A stretch of 39,495 nt of DNA, from contig UYFQ01000168.1 in NCBI GenBank assembly GCA_900617105.1, positions 1 to 39,495 of the forward strand. The letters are read 5' to 3'. Every line of letters begins with the position of its first letter. Position 1 is the first letter of the stretch. This document shows, one piece after another, positions 1-11,362 of this stretch. The position numbers and the translations under genes are program-made. The notes beneath the pieces are model-generated. The model was given only the letters and a program-made list of their open reading frames with translations, was not told the DNA's origin and did no database searches. The DNA is from Hydrurus foetidus (lineage: Eukaryota).

Positions 1-330
1 ATTCAGTATTACCTTGATTCAATTTTTTTCTTTCTTATATATTGATTTATTAATAAGTGTCGTTTATTTTAATTTTTTATCCTTACAGTTAAAACTCTTA
101 TATACGACATTATACGATATTGATTATTTTCTTAAAATTATAATTTGATTTTTGATATAGTACGTATACAGCAGTCGACACAATCATGATAACTTTCAAC
201 TCATAACACATAATATCAATTTACACATATGTCATCCCACACTTCAATCATCAAATCACCATCAAAACAATGGAAATAGCATCTATATAAATCACATAAT
301 GACAATTTCAATTTCAATTACATTATTAAA

Positions 331-716
331 GGGAGCATAAAGAGAGGTTTAAGGGAGAAGGAATGAATAGAAGACGTGCACAGAGTGGATCGTTCAACCA
401 CTCATCCGATCTCGAGGAACAAGGATATAGAAGTAACCGTGGAAGCATAGACGAATCTTACAGTATACCGGGACATGCGGCCACATCCGGTATAGCAACT
501 TCAACTTCAACATCTCATTTTAGAAGGGAGTCATTGGGTGTTATTTTTGAGGGTGAAGAAGATGACAGTGCGGTGTACAATCCCGTACTAATGCGAGAGA
601 AAAGAGAAATCACTCCAACTTCTATTTCTACTTCACATGCACCTCTTGATAGTACGTATGCGACAGTACCAACTTCAACTTCAACTTCAACTTCAACTTC
701 CAAGTACGAAGTTTGA
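331..716 (+). CDS. Probable last exon of a gene beginning upstream of the window; low-complexity Ser/Thr-rich tail
   Basis: ORF 363-716 has coding-like composition in an AT-rich context. Possible acceptor ...tattaaag| at ~330. ACTTCA hexamer repeats encode STSTST. No recognisable domain. Confidence 0.4.
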
Positions 717-779
717 TAATGTGATTGATTCCAAATTTTCACATAATGAGATGACATGAAAATTGCTGAAAATGGTTTT

Positions 780-1710
780 TTAATCAACTATCGATATTAG
801 TGAAGGAAGATAAGATATGAATGGAAATGACAAGTTAATATACAATAATATCTCGCAATGTCAAGAATGAGAATAAAGTGATGTAGGAAAGTCACAAATA
901 GAATTGATCATTTTTCTTGATTTCATTGCACTTCTTACTATCATTCCAAAAGTGAATTTAATTTAGTACTAACTAATTGTTTTTCTTCTAATCAATACAA
1001 TAGACGAATTTTAGCGGATTTTTTTCATTTCATGATCTGCAACTGTAGCGTTTGGCCAACAAATTAGTGTACGATCATCTTTTTCATTCTTTTTTTTCAA
1101 TTTAGGTCTGATATGAGTGTGGGCGACAGCATTAAACTTTTCAACTGTTTTTAATTCGCTTGAATTTTTGATTTTCAGGATATTGGAATTTTATTGAATA
1201 AAAATTGCAAAGCGGTGGAAAATAAAATATTTCAATGACCTCACTTTGAGACTCCGCGTACTCTGCCGTTTCAACTTGCTTCTTTCTGTTCAATTCCGTT
1301 CTATTCTATTCTCAAGCTTTAGTTATGATTTCCTTCAGCAATAAGGATACCCCTACATAATATCATCACGTGCAGAATATCATCACGTACAGAATATCAT
1401 AACATACAGAATATCATCACGTACAGAATATCATCACGTACAGAATATCATCACATACACTGCATACACACACCGTACGAGAGAGTCACTAATCGAAGTG
1501 GCATACGTATGTACAGGGTTTAAATGCGAGGACCGAGTAGAGAATATAATTAGATGACGCTTGAAGAGGTTCTCTCGATTGAAGTCGGTGAGATTAGGTA
1601 TCAAATCGCCTTTTCTGCGAGTATCAGAATACATAATGCGATTCTACTCGAGGATTTATAGTGAGCTCTAATTGAATAACATCATCGATCTTATAGGAGC
1701 TGTAGATGTG
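780..1710. repeat. Dispersed AT-rich repeat, copy 1 (paralog at ~27045-27945, partial copy at 31521-31600)
   Basis: Shared blocks such as atcgatat(t/c)agtgaagga, gcggattttttcatttcatgatctgcaact and gagaatataattagatgacgcttgaagaggttctctcga. Paralogous ORFs MYSDTRRKG at 1434-1634 and 27671-27871. Confidence 0.85.
1359..1459. repeat. 17-bp tandem repeat (aatatcatcacgtacag) x ~6
   Basis: Directly visible; the paralogous region has a single unit at ~27550-27570. Confidence 0.9.
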
Positions 1711-2150
1711 TAGTCATATTTAGATGTAAATGGATGCATTTGTATATGTAATGTGTATGTGTATGCACACTCTTTGGATTATGACGATAATTCTCCCTCC
1801 CCTCCGGTCCTCTCTCAGCCCTGATTTCTGTTCTTGTTGTAGCAACCGAAGAGTGAGTAAATTCACGAAGGAAATAGATACATCTCTTGGAATTACTTAT
1901 TTCTTATGCTTCAATTGTTTGCAGTGGTAAAAACGAATAGTATAATTATTGAAAAGTATAGTATACAGCGCCAGAAGTCGTGAAGTAGAGCTAGAGAATT
2001 AGCAGTGGAATAAAATGCATATGCTAATGCCTGATGCGTAAGATGTTTAAACTACAGCAGTGAAGTAAAATGAAAGTATCGGAAGGTATACGATAAAGCA
2101 TCAGAAGTCAAATAATAGGGATAGAAGCATTGAGATCGTGAAGTCGTCGG

Positions 2151-3812
2151 TTATATGCATGTGTGAGTGTTCTTATTCGCATATTGTCCCGGTTGACAAT
2201 TTGTGCAGTATTCGGATCTGGCGAAGGAGACTTGATTAGGTCCGCAGCGCTTACAGGACCCGCTTTCGCTCCAGTAATGTTCGGCTGGGCAGTCGGATTT
2301 GCATGTGTGTGTCACATCATCAGGAAATTGTCCGTCCCAACAAGCTGTGCAGGAAGATGATCCTGGTGGGGAGACTTTCCAGTGACCGCACGGTGTGCAG
2401 ATGTCAGCAGGAGATTTCGAATAGGTATTCGCCAGGCAGGATTTGCATGTGTGAGTTACGTGGTCGGCGTATTCCCCATCTTTGCAAGTTGTGCATGATT
2501 CTGCTCTGTCCAAGGAGACTTGCCCAGGTCCGCAAGATTTACAGGAATGGGTGACACTGTCCCAATAAAGTCCGGCGCGACAGTCCGGTTTGCATGTGTG
2601 TGTCACATCATCAGGAAATTGTCCGTCCCAACAAGCTGTGCAGGAAGATGATCCTGGTGGGGAGACTTTCCAGTGACCGCACGGTGTGCAGATGTCAGCA
2701 GGTGATTTCGAATAGGTATTCGCCAGGCAGGATTTGCATGTGTGAGTTACGTGGTCGGCGTATTCTCCATCTCTGCAAGCAGTGCAGGAAGCTGATCCTG
2801 GCAGAGAAACCTTTCCTACACCGCAAGGTGTACAGACATCTGCTGGTCCAGTCAAGTAGGATTCAGCGGGGCATGTTCTGCATGAGTGACTTCTGTGGTC
2901 GGCGTATTGTCCCGCTTTGCAAGCAGTGCAGGAAGCTGATCCTGGTCTGGAATACTTTCCCATGCCACAAGGTGTACAGGTATCTGCTGGTCCAGTCGAG
3001 TAGTATTCAGCGGGACAAGGTCTGCATGTGTGGCTATCGTGGTCGGCATATTGTCCCGCTTTGCAAGTAGTGCAGGAAGATGATCCTGGTCTGGAATACT
3101 TTCCCACGCCACAAGGTTTACAGGAATCTGTTGAACCAGTGGAGTAGTAATCGGCGCGGCAGGACTCGCATTTGTGAGTACCGTGATTGGCGTATTGTCC
3201 TTTGGAGCAAACCGTACAGGTGGCCGCTCCAGCTGAGGAAACTTTGCCAGGTCCACAAGGCTTGCATTTATCTTTATCCCCTGGTACCTTCAGATAAGAT
3301 TCGGCCTTGCATGGCACGCATCTCGTGTTGTCTGGTACTGAATATGAGCCACTTTTACATTTGTCGCATTTTTTCGCATTGGCCCGAGATATTGTTCCTG
3401 GTGGACACGGAGTGCAGACTTCGCCTACAAAATATTTGCCGGCTCGACAGAATGCAAGGACCGCCTCTTCAAATGTGGAGTTATGAACTTATTAGTTCTT
3501 CCCTGGCATTCGCGCGGCCACTTCAAGAGATTGTAGAGAGATGGTTGTTTGGTTGGTTTACATTGTGATGTTTACCTGCAGTTTCTGCTTTGGTATCTTG
3601 TTCTGGTGTCGATTTCGATTTTCCTAAGTTGGAGACAAGTTCCTCCGCACTTGTGGAACCCGGTCCTGGTGTGGGACGAATTGAATTATTGATTATTAGT
3701 TATTAGGAATGGATTTGCGCTGAAATTACAAGGAAAATTGGCGACAAGAAATTTGATACTTACTCATGAACACAGCAAGCCATAGCGTGAACAAGCTGTA
3801 CGTGAATTTCAT
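2151..3812 (-). CDS. Secreted cysteine-rich repeat protein (GCC2/GCC3, ephrin-receptor-like CxxC-x-G-x-Y repeats)
   Basis: Predicted exons 3812-3764, 3665-3576 and 3466-2151 with GT-AG introns join in frame. The N-terminus MKFTYSLFTLWLAVFMRPGSTSA|EE is signal-peptide-like and is followed by repeated CxxCxxGxYS motifs. An internal duplication has ~291-bp spacing. No TM segment seen. Confidence 0.8.
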
Positions 3813-4007
3813 GGCTCTTCGTAGATGTTGTGAAAATGTTCTGCAGTGTTGAACCCTGTTCGCTAAAATGCTAAAACAAACCATTTCCTTCCTTTTTCGG
3901 ACTGCATACATACAATACCTGCGTCACACATTGAAGTTCGGAGTCGGGGACTTGAAGTTCAAAGTCGGGGACTTGAAGTTCAAAATTTGGTTTTCAGTTT
4001 TTTTCTG

Positions 4008-4172
4008 TGTAGGCGATAGGATAGGATTCCTATGTAGTTTTTTCAAAAATCCCTTATATAGTATCCTATATAGGACAAAAGATCAATCCTATTCTTCAGA
4101 TCCTATATAGGAGTTCCCAAAATAAGCATATGTATTGTGAATAGGAAACATTTCAAATCCTATCCGCCTACA
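4008..4172. mobile_element. Small MITE-like element with imperfect terminal inverted repeats
   Basis: tgtaggcgatagga at 4008 and tcctatccgcctaca ending at 4172. Two internal palindromes tcctatatagga at 4054 and 4101. No clear TSD. Confidence 0.45.
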
Positions 4173-4416
4173 AAGGTTTTTTCCGTTATCTCACTATGAA
4201 GCGATTTTTAGACACACAACAACATTCGGGAACTATGCAGGGGCGCGCAGTATTGGTAAAATCAACACGAAGGGCTGTTCCTCACAGCGTCCATAAAGGC
4301 GTCGATAAAATAATATTCTGGATGAATTTTATTTGTATGCATTAATTGTAGATCCAGAAAGTTTTGTGTATCCATGACACGAACACATTGTGTGTACTTA
4401 TGCATTCGTACGGACG

Positions 4417-4660
4417 TTTAAGTTGCAGTTAACATCACCGCTACTGGACGCGAAGGTCCTTAAAAAATGATACAAATAAGGCAATCTTGGCATCTAGATA
4501 TTTCTAGATCCCAGATAAAAGATAAATCCTGAATCTGCACTCACAGACGATCACATGGAGGTATGCAAGCATTAAAATACACAATATACTGTTGGTTTCT
4601 TGTCCTTAGTAGGATTTGATCCGTACTAAGGACATAGATATAAATGGGAGGCATCTTACG
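4417..4660. repeat. Dispersed repeat (paralog at ~31182-31430)
   Basis: Both copies share tttaagttgcagttaa...ccgctact(g/t)gacgcgaaggtccttaaaaa...atatttctagatcc...ggatttgatcc. Confidence 0.85.
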
Positions 4661-5499
4661 CCCAGATGACACCATACTTCACAAATAGAAGTAGTCAGCA
4701 TATTTTAAGCCAAACAAAGGAAGGGTTGGTAGAGATGCAACACATAAATGACAAGTTTACTCCCATTCGGTGAGTGCCTTGCGCTCAAATAAATATTGCA
4801 AACCTCCCGAGGGCTTAGTTTGTAGATTATACAGCATCTCCTACTTCCCATGTCTGGGGCCGTAGGTAGAACATGGCGATGGAGATGCAGTCGGTGATTC
4901 ACTTGTGGGTTGTGGTTCAGGTTACAGAGTTGGGCTGCTAGCATATGCAGTCCAGACGACACTTGAAGTCACAGAAGGAGGACCTGCTATGAAACACTTC
5001 GTAGGGCAGTGTCTCAAGGATGGTAGAGAAGGCTGAGCAGATGTTGTTAGAACTCGTGTTTTTACTGCTGTCGGGTGAGACGTTGGGGGCATATGTGGGT
5101 GACGGCTGCAAGCACGCTAGCTTAAAGTAGGCTAGGTAGCTGTTGGACTTGGCCACACATGATGACGTGTAACATTTCGACAGCTCTACGAGTCAAGCAG
5201 AGCACGAACTGCAGGAGAGTGCTCCAGGGCCGGAGAACTGGCCAGCAGGACATGCACCGCACACTGAAGATCCAGAGACTGCGGAAAAGGTACCAGACGG
5301 ACAGATGGAGCAAAAGGAGCCAGCAGTTGCATAGTAACCAGGAGAGCATAGTGTGCAGACACCCGAGAAGGGCCCTGAGTAAGATCCAGGAGCACATGGC
5401 GTGCAAGTGGATGAACCGATCTTAGATGACGTCCCTGCAGGGCAGATACTGCATGAAGCACCCGGTACCAGGAACATTCCTGCAGCACAAGAAGGTGGA

Positions 5500-7705
5500 G
5501 CTGAGGGTATAGCTATTGGCGATGCTGAGGGTGTAGCTGTTGGTGATACTGTTGGTGCCTTCGTTGGTGTTGATGAGGGTGTAGCTGTCGGAGATACTGA
5601 GGGTGTTGCCGAGGGTGTAGCTGTTGGCGATACTGTTGGTGCCTTCGTCGGTGTAGCTGAGGGTGTAGCTGTTGGCGATGCTGAGGGTGTAGCTGAGGGT
5701 GATACTGTTGGCGATACTGAGGGTGCCTTAGTTGGTGTAGCAGTTGGCGATGCTGAGGGTGTAGCAGTTGGCGATACTGATGGTGTAGCTGTTGGCGATA
5801 CTGAGGGTGTAGCTGTTGGTGATACTGTTGGTGCCTTCGTTGGTGTTGCTGAGGGTGTAGCTGTTGGCGATGCTGAGAGTGTAGCTGTTGGTGATACTGA
5901 GGGTGTTGCCGAGGGTGTAGCTGTTGGTGCCTTCGTTGGTGTAGCTGAGGGTGTAGCTGTTGGCGATACTGAGGGTGTAGCTGTTGGCGATACTGTTGGT
6001 GCCTTCGTTGGTGTAGCTGAGGGTGTAGCTGTTGGCGATACTGTTGGTGCCTTCGTTGGTGTAGCTGAGGGTGTAGCTGTTGGCGATACTGTTGGTGCCT
6101 TCGTTGGCGATACTGAGGGTGTAGCTGTTGGTGATACTGTTGGTGCCTTCGTTGATGAAGCAGTTGGCGATGCCGAGGGTGTAGCTGTTGGTGATACTTG
6201 ATGGTGTAGCTGTTGGCGATGCTGAGGGTGTAGCTGTTGGTGATACTGTTGGTGCCTTCGTTGGTGTTGCTGAGGGTGTAGCTGTCGGCGATGCTGAGGG
6301 TGTAGTTGAGGGTGTAGCTGTTGGTGATACTGTTGGTGCCTTCGTTGATGAAGCAGTTGGCGATGCCGAGGGTGTAGCTGTTGGTGATACTTGATGGTGT
6401 AGCTGTTGGCGATGCTGAGGGTGTAGCTTTTGGTGATACTGTTGGTGCCTTCGTTGGTGTTGCTGAGGGTGTAGCTGTTGGCGATGCTGAGGGTGTAGCT
6501 GAGGGTGTAGCTGTTGGCGATACTGAGGGTGTAGCTGTTGGCGATACTGTTGGTGCCTTCGTTGGTGTAGCTGAGGGTGATACTGTTGGCGATACTGAGG
6601 GTGCCTTAGTTGGTGTAGCAGTTGGCGATGCCGAGGGTGTAGCTGTTGGTGCCTTCGTTGGTGTAGCTGAGGGTGTAGCTGTTGGCGATACTGAGGGTGT
6701 AGCTGTTGGCGATACTGTTGGTGCCTTCGTTGGTGTAGCTGAGGGTGTAGCTGTCGGCGATACTGTTGGTGCCTTCGTTGGTGTAGCTGAGGGTGTAGCT
6801 GTTGGCGATACTGTTGGTGCCTTCGTTGGCGATACTGAGGGTGTAGCTGTTGGTGATACTGTTGGTGCCTTCGTTGATGAAGCAGTTGGCGATGCCGAGG
6901 GTGTAGCTGTTGGTGATACTGATGGTGTAGCTGTTGGCGATGCTGAGGGTGTAGCTGTTGGCGATACTGTTGGTGTAGCGTTGGTGATGCTGAGGGTGTA
7001 GCTGTCGGCGATGCTGAGGGTGTAGTTGAGGGTGTAGCTGTTGGTGATACTGTTGGTGCCTTCGTTGATGAAGCAGTTGGCGATGCCGAGGGTGTAGCTG
7101 TTGGCGATGCTGATGGTGTAGCTGTTGGCGATGCTGAGGGTGTAGCTTTTGGTGATACTGTTGGTGCCTTCGTTGGTGTTGCTGAGGGTGTAGCTGTTGG
7201 CGATGCTGAGGGTGTAGCTGAGGGTGTAGCTGTTGGCGATACTGATGGTGTAGCAGTTGGCGATACTGAGGGTGTAGCTGTTGGTGATACTGTTGGTGCC
7301 TTCGTTGGTGTTGCTGAGGGTGTAGCTGTCGGTGATGCTGAGGGTGTAGCTGTCGGCGATGCTGATGGTGTTGCCGAGGGTGTAGCTGTTGGTGCCTTCG
7401 TTGGTGTAGATGAGGGTGTAGCTGTTGGCGATACTGAGGGTGTAGCTGTTGGCGATACTGTTGGTGCCTTCGTTGGTGTAGCTGAGGGTGTAGCTGTCGG
7501 CGATGCTGAGGGTGTAGCTGTTGGTGATACTGTTGGTGACTTCGTTGGTGTAGCTGAGGGTGTAGCTGTCGGCAATACTGAGGGTGTAGCTGAGGGTGTA
7601 GCAGTTGGCGATACTGAGGGTGTAGCTGTCGGTGATGCTGAGGGTGTAGCTGTCGGCGATACTGAGGGTGTCGTCGAGGGTGTTGCTGAGGGTGTTGCTG
7701 TTGGA
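5500..7705 (-). repeat. Coding 12-bp-unit repeat encoding a PT/SP mucin-like stalk (SPTA/TPSA/TPTK)
   Basis: Hundreds of gagggtgtagct / gttggcgatact units; the minus-strand translation reads SPTATPSASPTATPS... Confidence 0.95.
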
Positions 7706-7813
7706 GAAGGACTAAAGCAACTGGTTGAGCCAGGTGGAGGGTACCACGCATTTTGGGGACACGCGGAGCACGTGAGGCTGGACGAGGCACCAGTCGTGTT
7801 GGAGAATGTGCAG

Positions 7814-10800
7814 GCAGGACAGCTGCTGCAGGTGTAGTTTGAGCTTGCTCCAGTGGTCTCCGAGTACGTGCCGGCAGGACAGCTGCTGCAGGTGTAGTTT
7901 GAGCTTGCTCCAGTGGTCTCCGAGTACGTACCAGCAGGACAGCTGCTGCAGGTGTAGTTTGAGCTTGCTCCAGTGGTCTCCGAGTACGTACCAGCAGGAC
8001 AGCTGCTGCAGGTGTAGTTTGAGCTTGCTCCAGTGGTCTCCGAGTACGTACCAGCAGGACAGCTGCTGCAGGTGTAGTTTGAGCTTGCTCCAGTGGTCTC
8101 CGAGTACGTACCAGCAGGACAGCTGCTGCAGGTGTAGTTTGAGCTTGCTCCAGTGGTCTCCGAGTACGTACCAGCAGGACAGCTGCTGCAGGTGTAGTTT
8201 GAGCTTGCTCCAGTGGTCTCCGAGTACGTACCAGCAGGACAGCTGCTGCAGGTGTAGTTTGAGCTTGCTCCAGTGGTCTCCGAGTACGTACCAGCAGGAC
8301 AGCTGCTGCAGGTGTAGTTTGAGCTTGCTCCAGTGGTCTCCGAGTACGTACCAGCAGGACAGCTGCTGCAGGTGTAGTTTGAGCTTGCTCCAGTGGTCTC
8401 CGAGTACGTACCAGCAGGACAGCTGCTGCAGGTGTAGTTTGAGCTTGCTCCAGTGGTCTCCGAGCGTACCAGCAGGACAGCTGCTGCAGGTGTAGTTTGA
8501 GCTTGCTCCAGTGGTCTCCGAGTACGTACCAGCAGGACAGCTGCTGCAGGTGTAGTTTGAGCTTGCTCCAGTGGTCTCCGAGTACGTACCAGCAGGACAG
8601 CTGCTGCAGGTGTAGTTTGAGCTTGCTCCAGTGGTCTCCGAGTACGTACCAGCAGGACAGCTGCTGCAGGTGTAGTTTGAGCTTGCTCCAGTGGTCTCCG
8701 AGTACGTACCAGCAGGACAGCTGCTGCAGGTGTAGTTTGAGCTTGCTCCAGTGGTCTCCGAGTACGTACCAGCAGGACAGCTGCTGCAGGTGTAGTTTGA
8801 GCTTGCTCCAGTGGTCTCCGAGTACGTACCAGCAGGACAGCTGCTGCAGGTGTAGTTTGAGCTTGCTCCAGTGGTCTCCGAGTACGTACCAGCAGGACAG
8901 CTGCTGCAGGTGTAGTTTGAGCTTGCTCCAGTGGTCTCCGAGTACGTACCAGCAGGACAGCTGCTGCAGGTGTAGTTTGAGCTTGCTCCAGTGGTCTCCG
9001 AGTACGTACCAGCAGGACAGCTGCTGCAGGTGTAGTTTGAGCTTGCTCCAGTGGTCTCCGAGTACGTACCAGCAGGACAGCTGCTGCAGGTGTAGTTTGA
9101 GCTTGCTCCAGTGGTCTCCGAGTACGTACCAGCAGGACAGCTGCTGCAGGTGTAGTTTGAGCTTGCTCCAGTGGTCTCCGAGTACGTACCAGCAGGACAG
9201 CTGCTGCAGGTGTAGTTTGAGCTTGCTCCAGTGGTCTCCGAGTACGTACCAGCAGGACAGCTGCTGCAGGTGTAGTTTGAGCTTGCTCCAGTGGTCTCCG
9301 AGTACGTACCAGCAGGACAGCTGCTGCAGGTGTAGTTTGAGCTTGCTCCAGTGGTCTCCGAGTACGTACCAGCAGGACAGCTGCTGCAGGTGTAGTTTGA
9401 GCTTGCTCCAGTGGTCTCCGAGTACGTACCAGCAGGACAGCTGCTGCAGGTGTAGTTTGAGCTTGCTCCAGTGGTCTCCGAGTACGTACCAGCAGGACAG
9501 CTGCTGCAGGTGTAGTTTGAGCTTGCTCCAGTGGTCTCCGAGTACGTACCAGCAGGACAGCTGCTGCAGGTGTAGTTTGAGCTTGCTCCAGTGGTCTCCG
9601 AGTACGTACCAGCAGGACAGCTGCTGCAGGTGTAGTTTGAGCTTGCTCCAGTGGTCTCCGAGTACGTACCAGCAGGACAGCTGCTGCAGGTGTAGTTTGA
9701 GCTTGCTCCAGTGGTCTCCGAGTACGTACCAGCAGGACAGCTGCTGCAGGTGTAGTTTGAGCTTGCTCCAGTGGTCTCCGAGTACGTACCAGCAGGACAG
9801 CTGCTGCAGGTGTAGTTTGAGCTTGCTCCAGTGGTCTCCGAGTACGTACCAGCAGGACAGCTGCTGCAGGTGTAGTTTGAGCTTGCTCCAGTGGTCTCCG
9901 AGTACGTACCAGCAGGACAGCTGCTGCAGGTGTAGTTTGAGCTTGCTCCAGTGGTCTCCGAGTACGTACCAGCAGGACAGCTGCTGCAGGTGTAGTTTGA
10001 GCTTGCTCCAGTGGTCTCCGAGTACGTACCAGCAGGACAGCTGCTGCAGGTGTAGTTTGAGCTTGCTCCAGTGGTCTCCGAGTACGTACCAGCAGGACAG
10101 CTGCTGCAGGTGTAGTTTGAGCTTGCTCCAGTGGTCTCCGAGTACGTACCAGCAGGACAGCTGCTGCAGGTGTAGTTTGAGCTTGCTCCAGTGGTCTCCG
10201 AGTACGTACCAGCAGGACAGCTGCTGCAGGTGTAGTTTGAGCTTGCTCCAGTGGTCTCCGAGTACGTACCAGCAGGACAGCTGCTGCAGGTGTAGTTTGA
10301 GCTTGCTCCAGTGGTCTCCGAGTACGTACCAGCAGGACAGCTGCTGCAGGTGTAGTTTGAGCTTGCTCCAGTGGTCTCCGAGTACGTACCAGCAGGACAG
10401 CTGCTGCAGGTGTAGTTTGAGCTTGCTCCAGTGGTCTCCGAGTACGTACCAGCAGGACAGCTGCTGCAGGTGTAGTTTGAGCTTGCTCCAGTGGTCTCCG
10501 AGTACGTACCAGCAGGACAGCTGCTGCAGGTGTAGTTTGAGCTTGCTCCAGTGGTCTCCGAGTACGTACCAGCAGGACAGCTGCTGCAGGTGTAGTTTGA
10601 GCTTGCTCCAGTGGTCTCCGAGTACGTACCAGCAGGACAGCTGCTGCAGGTGTAGTTTGAGCTTGCTCCAGTGGTCTCCGAGTACGTACCAGCAGGACAG
10701 CTGCTGCAGGTGTAGTTTGAGCTTGCTCCAGTGGTCTCCGAGTACGTACCAGCAGGACAGCTGCTGCAGGTGTAGTTTGAGCTTGCTCCAGTGGTCTCCG

Positions 10801-11362
10801 AGTACGTACCAGCAGGACAGCTGCTGCAGGTGTAGTTTGAGCTTGCTCCAGTGGTCTCCGAGTACGTACCAGCAGGACAGCTGCTGCAGGTGTAGTTTGA
10901 GCTTGCTCCAGTGGTCTCCGAGTACGTACCAGCAGGACAGCTGCTGCAGGTGTAGTTTGAGCTTGCTCCAGTGGTCTCCGAGTACGTACCAGCAGGACAG
11001 CTGCTGCAGGTGTAGTTTGAGCTTGCTCCAGTGGTCTCCGAGTACGTACCAGCAGGACAGCTGCTGCAGGTGTAGTTTGAGCTTGCTCCAGTGGTCTCCG
11101 AGTACGTACCAGCAGGACAGCTGCTGCAGGTGTAGTTTGAGCTTGCTCCAGTGGTCTCCGAGTACGTACCAGCAGGACAGCTGCTGCAGGTGTAGTTTGA
11201 GCTTGCTCCAGTGGTCTCCGAGTACGTACCAGCAGGACAGCTGCTGCAGGTGTAGTTTGAGCTTGCTCCAGTGGTCTCCGAGTACGTACCAGCAGGACAG
11301 CTGCTGCAGGTGTAGTTTGAGCTTGCTCCAGTGGTCTCCGAGTACGTACCAGCAGGACAGCT
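7814..11362 (-). repeat. 59 near-identical 60-bp tandem repeats encoding SSCPAGTYSETTGASSNYTC
   Basis: One unit per 60-nt line from 7801 to 11340. A 2-bp deletion at ~8465, and one or two substitutions in the terminal copies. Confidence 0.98.

Noticed and set aside
3467..3763. Two in-frame TAA-TAA pairs in the Cys-rich gene suggesting stop-codon reassignment
   Set aside because: Both fall inside GT-AG introns (3763-3666 and 3575-3467) as part of CTAAT branch-like motifs. Splicing gives an open frame with a good signal peptide.
7814..11362. CRISPR-like array
   Set aside because: There are no unique spacers; it is a head-to-tail 60-bp coding repeat in a eukaryotic gene.
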